DNA of 64,000 nt from Schmidtea nova (lineage: Eukaryota): contig CM097884.1 in assembly GCA_044892505.1 (NCBI GenBank), positions 127,534,001 to 127,598,000 on the forward strand. The letters are read 5' to 3'. Numbering within the stretch: the first letter of the stretch is position 1; each line of letters begins with the position of its first letter. Shown here in pieces: positions 27,516-35,679 of the stretch. A program made the position numbers and the translations under genes. Under the pieces are notes generated by a model. The model made no database searches. It saw only the letters and a list, made by a program, of their open reading frames with translations, and was not told the origin of the DNA.

Positions 27516-27744
27516 TATAAGGTTTGAAAGAATTTGAAGGTTTTTGACCCCTTGAAGGTTTAGCACCCACCATAGACCATCGAAGGTATGACCATTATGT
27601 GCACATCTCAATTACCTTTTGTTTGATATATATATATTATAAGTTTGAAAAAGGTTAAAGGTTTTTTACCCTTTGAAGGTTGAGCACACACCATACACCT
27701 TCGAGGGTATAACCATTGTGTGAACATCTCAATTACCTTTCAAA

Positions 27745-27795
<51 letters not shown>

Positions 27796-28140
27796 ATTTA
27801 AAAGAAATTTGAAGGTTTTGGATCCTTTGAAGGTTAAGCACCCACCATAAACCTTCGAGGGTATGACCAGCATACCTACCTCTCAAATACCTTTCGAATG
27901 ATATATATATATTATAAGGTTTGAAAAAGGTTGAAGGTTTTGCACCCTTTGAAGGTTGAGCACCCACCATAGACCTTCGAGGGTATGACCAGCATACCTA
28001 CCTCTAAAATACCTTTCGAATGATATATATATATTATAAGGTTTGAAAAAGGTTGAAGGTTTTGGACCCTTTGAAGGTTGAGCACCCACCATAGACCTTC
28101 GAGGGTATGACCATTGTATAGACCTCTCCAAGACCTTTCG
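25570..28140. repeat. Subterminal tandem arrays of the Polinton-like element (~30 bp, ~31-33 bp, 16 bp and ~120 bp units)
   Basis: Units AATGTCTTTGTTAACTTGCATATGTATTGC, GAAATGTCTTTGTTATGAAATTTGGCA-type, AAAAAATTTGTGTTAA, and GACCTTCGAGGGTATGACC units with (AT)n. Confidence 0.9.
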
Positions 28141-30281
28141 AATGATACCCTTGTTTGAAGGTTTGACCTTATTTAACCTTTAAAAATTCAAATTTAAAAT
28201 TTGAATTTGAAATGAGTCATCGATGACGTCATAAAATTCAAATTTGAAATGAGTCATCGATGAGTCATAAAAATTTTTCTACCCCCTCCCCCGGGAGGAG
28301 GGGGTCTTTGTTCTTTTTCCCGCCCACGCAATGAGTCATAATGTCTTTGTTCCCGGCTCCACACATCTACCTACTTCAGAAAATAGGGATCGCAGTAGAT
28401 TTTCTTTTGCCAATAATCTACGGAAATTTTCATTTAGATATACTTTGAAGCGATCTTTATGTGGATTATCGTCAGAGACACGCGAAAACATTAACACAAT
28501 TGTCTTATTTAAGTCACGAAGATAATGAGGATATTCTTTTGAATTGAAATAATTCCCATGGCATCTACGAATGAAACTTGCGGTGGGTTTTTTCATATTG
28601 TCATAATCCGTCATTTGATAAATAATTTCCCATTGAACCATAACAGATCCCATTGAACCATAACACATCCTTGCAATCAATTGTTTCCATCTTTTTCCAA
28701 TTCAAATTCAAAATTTTTAAAATTCCCGAAAAAAACCAATTTTCCAAATTACTCGATTAATTAAACAAAAACGTTCTAGAAAAAAATCCAAAGCATTAAA
28801 GCAAAGTTCGAAAAAATCCAAATCCAAATTTACCCAATTGGATTAATAAAACAAAACTAGATTTTAGAATAATCCATTAATTCTAAATCTCAAATAAAAC
28901 CGGCAACAAAAACGCGCACACAGACGCGTATCATAAATAGCAAAAAAATAAGCGCACACAGACGCTGATAATTAAAAAAAGCAATGCGCACACAGACGCT
29001 GACATCCAGAAATCACCAGCTTGGTTTGAAATTCAAAATGTTGTGTATCTTGTTGTGCACACGTGTTTTGTTATTAATATGTAAATTTTAACTATTTAAA
29101 ATAAATTTTTTTGAGTTTTCATTGTTATAATCTGTAAATAAAATTGAAATTCCTCCAAAATGGCTAAATTCAAAATTTCAAAAATCTTACAAAAATAACG
29201 CGCGACATGTAATATCTTACTACTTTCCAGACTCATAGTAATCGCTTAATTAACTACTTTCATCTAAATTCTGAAATTATCTATACCTTCTGGCTATCAT
29301 CAAAATATAATTAATTATTTATTCTGCTCTTTAACTACCAATAATCATGTTGTCTTGATATGGATACATTGTGACTTTTCTAATTGTTTACCCAACTTGA
29401 TTTTTTTTGTTTTTCTTAACTAATTAATTAACTAATTTAAAATTTCATATTTTACTCACATTTTTCGGTTTTTGAACCTTTTTGAACGTTTTATGATAAA
29501 TCATTTTACATGTTGTAACTCCTCTATCACTTGTCCATTTCTAGATTTTAAATTGCCTGATTAATAATTTGGGTTTTTCCCAGTCTATGTTGTCATAATA
29601 TTTCCCTTTGCAATCTGTTTATTCTTGATTATGATTATACATCTCTATTTAGCTTCTTTTCAATTTTACAAAATAATTTTAGTCTTTACAACCTCAACAA
29701 TATTATATATTGAAACCTTTCTATGACGTAAAGTTCCATTTTTTGTATAAACGAAAATACTCGACGATTCTGATGAGTTAAATTTTTTCAATAAAAATAG
29801 ATACAATAAAATTATTTTTTAATAAAATTATTTTCTATTTATCATTATTTTATTATGAATCACATTTTTAAGGGGAAAGTTCTAAATTCTTGATTTAGAC
29901 TAAAATCATTTTTAATTGCAAATATTTTTTTTTAATATTAAAGGAAAGTAAAAAAATGATTTAACAAACATTTGTTAAACTAAAACTATTGAATCAATTA
30001 TAATAAAATTTATTTTTCTCATTTCAAATAAAAAAGTAATAAAACAACATGAGTATGTAGTTGTATTCTAAAATGATATCATAAAATTAATATTCTTATC
30101 ATTATTATTTTAATGATATCAAAAATCNNNNNNNNNNNNNNNNNNNNNNNNNNNNNNNNNNNNNNNNNNNNNNNNNNNNNNNNNNNNNNNNNNNNNNNNN
30201 NNNNNNNNNNNNNNNNNNNNNNNNNNNNNNNNNNNNNNNNNNNNNNNNNNNNNNNNNNNNNNNNNNNNNNNNNNNNNNNNN

Positions 30282-30660
30282 GCAAATAAGATTTTATTAA
30301 TAGAAATTGATCTCCAATTGACAAGTTGGTCTTTGGCAACCGGAAATCCTGACCTATGATAACAAGAGTTGAAATGAGCAAGCTCCATGACAGTCCGTAT
30401 TGATTGATTTCTGGTGATGGCGAATAATCGTTTAATCGAGATTGATTGTGATCCAATGTATTGATTTGTAGATTTTTTGAGTTATACATTTCAGATTTGT
30501 CTGGATAGTATATTAATATTGATTCAGTTAATGACAAGCATCTTCCAGTTTGTACGGCTTCTTTACGCATTCCAGCAACGAAACATTTCTGCAATCTACG
30601 GAACTGGCAATTGTTTCTTCTTTGAATATCGACTACGCAATCTCCACTAGAGTAGAACTG
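30282..30660 (-). pseudogene. Nuclear receptor fragment (second zinc finger plus start of LBD, NR2-like), degenerate
   Basis: DCVVDIQRRNNCQFRRLQKCFVAGMRKEAVQTGR with two expected Cys lost; downstream LSIGDQFLLIKS resembles the LBD signature. Confidence 0.75.
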
Positions 30661-30665
30661 ATAAT

Positions 30666-32559
30666 TGTTGTCATTTGATGAAAACGAGTCGCTGTGAATG
30701 TCTTGAGTGAATTGGCATATCAAATCATTGTTAACAGCTTGCATTTTTTTTGATCAGCGTGAAAAAGTGAAAATTATGTAAATATTAAAACAACATCCAA
30801 TTTAATCCATTTAATAATTAATTAATTTAAAAGATTGAAAATTTAATCTAAGGCACTACAATAGCCCCCGCCGAAGTACGCGGAGCGTCTCTAAGCTAGA
30901 AAATGGATTTGGGTGTTGGGTGAGTCACTGAAGGTGATAATCGGAGAGATATTGAGGGAGTTTACGTGTTCGCCTAGAAGAGAATGGCGGGTTGTCTTGA
31001 GAAAGTTGGGTATTTGTCGTTTCTGTAAGGGTCTTCAGTTGTTCCGTGTCTTCTTGAATGTCTTCATCTATAGGATCTTCTTTCATGATATGGTAATTTG
31101 GTCGTTCATCATACTCAAGTGTGCAAAAGGATGGTTTTAATCTTGATAGGTTGACCATAATGTGATTGTTATCAATTTCTAGTTTCGCTGTGTTTTTGTA
31201 TAGTTCGATGATGCGGAATGGGCCTTTGTATCTAGGTTTGAGGTTTGATGAATCAATTGTCTTTATCCATGCGTGGGTGGCAGATGAAAGTGATTGTGGT
31301 ATATACGGTTTGTATGATGTAGAATATGTGAAAGATGGATTTGTATCAAGACTCAAAAAATGATTGCGAGTGAGGTTGATTTCCTCTAGTGACGATTCGT
31401 TCTGTAGATCTATGAGTTCGTTGGGCATGGATGTGTTGGAACCGAACAAAAGTTGTGAAGGTGACACGCCACTTGAGCGGTTGGGAGTGTTGTGCCACCC
31501 GAGCAAGACGAATGGTAATGCTTTGGTCCACGAAGTTGTCGTTGAGAGTATTCTGAGGGATGCTTTCAAAGTCCGGTGGGCGCGTTCCACAAGACCGTTT
31601 GTTTGTGGGTGATATGAGCTGGTACGTAAATGACTGATGCCGAGGCTGGTGGTCAGATGATCGAAAAGGTCTGATTCAAATTGTGTTCCTTGGTCTGTGA
31701 TTATGGCGGTTGGGATTCCATAACGCGAAAACCAAGTGGATATTAAGGCGTGTGCAACCGTTTTTGCGGTGATGTCAGAAACTGGAATAGCCTCGAACCA
31801 GCGTGTTTTCCTATCGATCATTGTCAGTATATAGCAGAATCCGTCGTCTGCGGGGAGTTTGCCTACTAAGTCGATGTGGAGTATGTCGAATCTTGAACCA
31901 GTCGGGAATGGTGTGATTGGTGGTTTAGTATGTTTGTTCACTTTGTGTTGTTGGCAGCCTTTACATTCAGAGACCCACTGTTTAACGTCTTTAAATAATG
32001 AGAACCAAGTGACCTTTTGTCGTATGAGATGGTATGTGGACTTAATTCCTGGATGGTGTAGATTATGAATCGCGAAGAATGCTTCTTTCCTGAGTAACGA
32101 GTGCAAAATTGGTCTAAGAGTGTTTTTATACGTTGTGTCATAATGTATACCGTCTATTATCTCAAGCGAGTCTTTGAAGCGGGCGAGGTCAGCTGTCGTT
32201 GGTGGAGTCGAACGGAGAATTTGTTGGGTGAAAACTGGTGTAGAGGTAATTGATGCAGCAATGTTTCTAGAAAGATAATCGGCGACCACATTATCTTTGC
32301 CCGAAACGTGAACAAATTTAATGTCAAAAGTTGATAGGTATGTTATCTGACGATGTACTCTGTTCGATGGGTCTTTCATGGTAAGGCAGTGGATGAATGT
32401 CTTGAGTGAATTGGCATATCAAATCATTGTTAACAGCTTGCATTTTTTTTGATAAGCGTGAAAAAGTGAAAATTATGTAAATATTAAAACAACATCCAAT
32501 TTAATCCATTTAATAATTAATTAATTTAAAAGATTGAAAATTTAATCTAAGGCACTACA
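30666..32559 (-). mobile_element. Deleted Ty3/Gypsy element with short LTRs (3' LTR 30666-30860; 5' LTR ~32394-32559, truncated)
   Basis: ~165-bp direct repeat starting TGTAGTG on minus; purine-rich GGCGGGGGC before the 3' LTR; flanks ATAAT/ATCAT may be a TSD. Confidence 0.7.
30925..32379 (-). CDS. Gypsy pol C-terminus: end of RNase H and complete integrase
   Basis: HVSGKDNVVADYLSR; HHCC (HNLHHPG..CKGC); DLVG, TDQGTQFES, YHPQTNGLVERAH; LKPRYKGPFRI (GPY/F); NLSRLKP. Confidence 0.95.
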   Translation of the reverse strand: MKDPSNRVHRQITYLSTFDIKFVHVSGKDNVVADYLSRNIAASITSTPVFTQQILRSTPPTTADLARFKDSLEIIDGIHYDTTYKNTLRPILHSLLRKEAFFAIHNLHHPGIKSTYHLIRQKVTWFSLFKDVKQWVSECKGCQQHKVNKHTKPPITPFPTGSRFDILHIDLVGKLPADDGFCYILTMIDRKTRWFEAIPVSDITAKTVAHALISTWFSRYGIPTAIITDQGTQFESDLFDHLTTSLGISHLRTSSYHPQTNGLVERAHRTLKASLRILSTTTSWTKALPFVLLGWHNTPNRSSGVSPSQLLFGSNTSMPNELIDLQNESSLEEINLTRNHFLSLDTNPSFTYSTSYKPYIPQSLSSATHAWIKTIDSSNLKPRYKGPFRIIELYKNTAKLEIDNNHIMVNLSRLKPSFCTLEYDERPNYHIMKEDPIDEDIQEDTEQLKTLTETTNTQLSQDNPPFSSRRTRKLPQYLSDYHLQ

Positions 32560-32562
32560 ATC

Positions 32563-32637
<75 letters not shown>

Positions 32638-32646
32638 TAATAATAA

Positions 32647-33357
32647 GGTAACAATAGTAAGCCTTCTCCGCAATGTTTATTTAAATGAAATATTTCGATC
32701 TTTAAAAGATCCTGATCACTCAATGCGAAATTCTTTCCAATTGATATTCCACTTCTTTCTGGATGTTTTCCTTCTCCTGAATTCTGATTTAATGTTAATT
32801 ATTTAAACAAATTAAGATTTATTTATGAGATATATTAAATAAAATTTTTTATTCAAAATTAAATTCAAAAATATTTTATTTAATTATTTTCATTAATTAT
32901 AGCATCCTTTTTTTTAAAAAAATTTTAAAAAATCATATAGAGAGTCAAAGTCTTTTAATTAATAAAATGTTATTTTTTTAAATAAAAACATTTTAAACAA
33001 TCAAAAGAAAATCACTTCAATATACAAAATTAGAATAATTCTTTCATAAAAATCCTCTTTTAATGAATTCTCAAGAATAAATCTCACTTTGAAATTTTAA
33101 TTTTTTATTAAAATCTTGTCTTTAGCTATTTCGAAGACGACGTTAATCTGGCTCAGAATAATATAAATCTTAATTTCATAAATAAATCTTAATTTGTTTA
33201 AATAATTAACATTAAATCAGAATTCAGGAGAAGGAAAACATCCAGAAAGAAGTGGAATATCAATTGGAAAGAATTTCGCATTGAGTGATCAGGATCTTTT
33301 AAAGATCGAAATATTTCATTTAAATAAACATTGCGGAGAAGGCTTACTATTGTTACC
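32647..33357. mobile_element. Foldback/MITE with ~185-bp perfect inverted arms, embedded in (AAT)n/(TTA)n
   Basis: 32647-32825 is the reverse complement of ~33181-33357; ends GG...CC flanked by TAA/TTA. Confidence 0.85.
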
Positions 33358-33405
33358 TTATTATTATATTTTAATAAACTCTGCTAAACGACAAACCAAT
33401 TTTGT

Positions 33406-33442
<37 letters not shown>

Positions 33443-33506
33443 CTATTTATCCAATATACACTTATCCGATATACATTTACTCTATATACATTTATAGAAT
33501 AGAAAC

Positions 33507-35679
33507 CCCCTGCTAATCCCAAAGGATCAAAGATTCTAGCTAAACAACTAAGAAATCCTCGTTTCGAGAGACATTGTTGACTTGGTGGCTTGACATCGTA
33601 ACCAAACTTATCCTCTGCCGCCACCCAAACTAGTCCCAGGGTTTTTACTGCCACCTTGTTCTCCTCGTTCAAACTTAATAACTTTGATATCCTCTCTAAA
33701 GGGATAGTTTCTAATACCTTTTTGTCATTAGTGAGCCATTTGTTCGTAACCATTCCTGCCTTCTCCCAAATACCAATAATCTCATCCTTGATCCTAACCG
33801 CCTCCTCGACCGATTGAAAAGAGTCCATCGTGTCATCCATGTACGTGGATTCTATTATTGTTTCTGCCGCCCTCGGAAACCTTTCTCGAAATCTCTCCGC
33901 ATTTCGTCTGGTGACTAGCTGTGCTAGAAACGGAGATATGTTTAGTCCGAAGACTAGCCGTTCGAATTCAAAACCCTCAGTTTTTCCATCTTCCTTCCAA
34001 ATGAATCTTAAGTATTTTCTATCCTCTGGATTTACCTTTATCTGGAGGTACATTTCTTGTATATCACAAGCAATCGCCACTGAATGTTTTCTGAATCGTA
34101 ATAGTATCTCAAACAAATCATTTTGTAGCTTTGGTCCTTGCTCAATAGTATCATTTAAATTAATACCGTTACTTTTCGCTGCTGCATCAAAGACTATTCT
34201 CATCTTGGTTGTCTCCTTGTCCATTTTTATCACCGGAAAATGTGGCAACCACCATCTTGTCTCACGAAATTCGCTCTCTGCCAACACCCTAATATACTTT
34301 TTTCGCACGTAGTCATTGATTACCTCTTTGTAGCTTTCTTTTAACCTACTGTCTTTCGCCAACCGATTGCCTAGACTCCTCAGACGCGTCTCCGCCATTT
34401 TCATATTCTCTTGAAGTTGATACTTGTTCTCCCTCCATAACAAGCTAACCGTGAACCTTCCATCCTCGCACGACATACCTTCGATCGCCTTTTGCATTAA
34501 TATTCCTTCACTCTGACTGAACTGATTCTTTTCAATGTGAGTTTCCTCAATTTCCCAAAATTGCCGCATCTGGTTCTCCAATCTCTCTGTTTTAGAAAAA
34601 TAGCTCTGGACAAAATGAGAGTGTTGCGGAGCTTGATCTCCATTGATCTTGCCCAGACATGTCCATCCGAGAGGCGTCAGTCTGGCAACCGGCTCATCCA
34701 TCATCCTTCCTACTTCTCGAATAGATCTGTGCAAATGGGGATAGTCGGCCCCAACTAAAACATCTATCTGCGGTCTTTTCCCAAGAACCGGGAATCGAAT
34801 ATCCTTTAGGTGCTCCCAGTTATACGCCAGCTTTTGCCAATTGCATGCTCTTAAGTCCCCCGTGACGCTTTTGACGACCAGAGCCTTAAAGTTGACTTTC
34901 ACCTTGTTATTATTGCTTGCCAACATCACCTCTATCGGCCTCGTTTCCAACATTTCCGATTTCCCCCCAATCACGCCAACTGGAATATTTTCCCATTGTC
35001 CCCCAACGCCTAATTTCTGAGCAACCCAATCACTAATGTAACTCACATTACTTGCATCGTCAAGTAATGCATTTACTCGGAATTCCTTCCCTTTATTAAT
35101 TAATTTGATCGGAATCGTTCTCAATGGCACATACATGTTCTGACTTTGTTCTGCGTGACAGGTCACCATTGACGTATTTTTATTCTCATCTTTCTTTTGA
35201 CCGTCATTTATTTTGACCCCTGGGCTATGCAGTAAGAAATGATGTTTTAACTTACAGTTTTCATTTTTACATTGACTGGGTTTCCCACAGTTCCTAACCA
35301 TGTGACCTGCCGACAGACAATTAAAACATAACCCGTTATTTTTCACAAACTCATGACGCTCTTTCGCATCATACCTTAAAAAGTCTGGGCATCGGTTTAA
35401 ATAATGTTCTCCTCTGCATTTCTTACATTTTAGTGTCGTTTTTCGTTCTCCACCAGCTTCTACCTTCGGATTGTTATCCACGAAATTTGTAACCCTCTTC
35501 TTATTTTCAATCTCCTTTCTATTTCCTGGCTTTCGCTCTCCAAACAATATATTCAAAGCTTTGCGATGCCTGTCAGCTTCTCTTTTTACCCATTCTGCCA
35601 AGGTTTGTACATTTGCCTCCTTCCCTGACTCACAATTGCGTGCCCACTGTATCAGCATGGTTTCCGGTAACTTTTTCAA
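33507..35679 (-). pseudogene. BEL/Pao gag C-terminus, protease and RT, 3'-truncated at the start of RNase H
   Basis: Three Cys motifs (CKKCRGEH..C, CFNCLSAGH..C, C..C..HHFLLH), ALLDDASNVSYI, WWLPHFPV, RIVFDAAAK, DIQEMYLQI, YMDD, RIFDPLG; codons after ~33507 run into unrelated repeat. Confidence 0.93.

Larger units (their letters stand above)
25130..28375 (+). mobile_element. Non-autonomous Polinton/Maverick-like element (3.2 kb)
   Basis: TIRs begin AGTAGGTAGATGTGTGGAGCCGGGAACAAAGAC (~85 bp matched); 6-bp TSD TGAGAA/TCAGAA with one mismatch; splits the CDS reading frame. Confidence 0.8.

Noticed and set aside
26913-28131. Repetitive-peptide ORFs in tandem arrays and microsatellites (also 4343-4843, 5718-5954, 44360-45225, 60280-60474)
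   Set aside because: Translations simply mirror the DNA repeat units.
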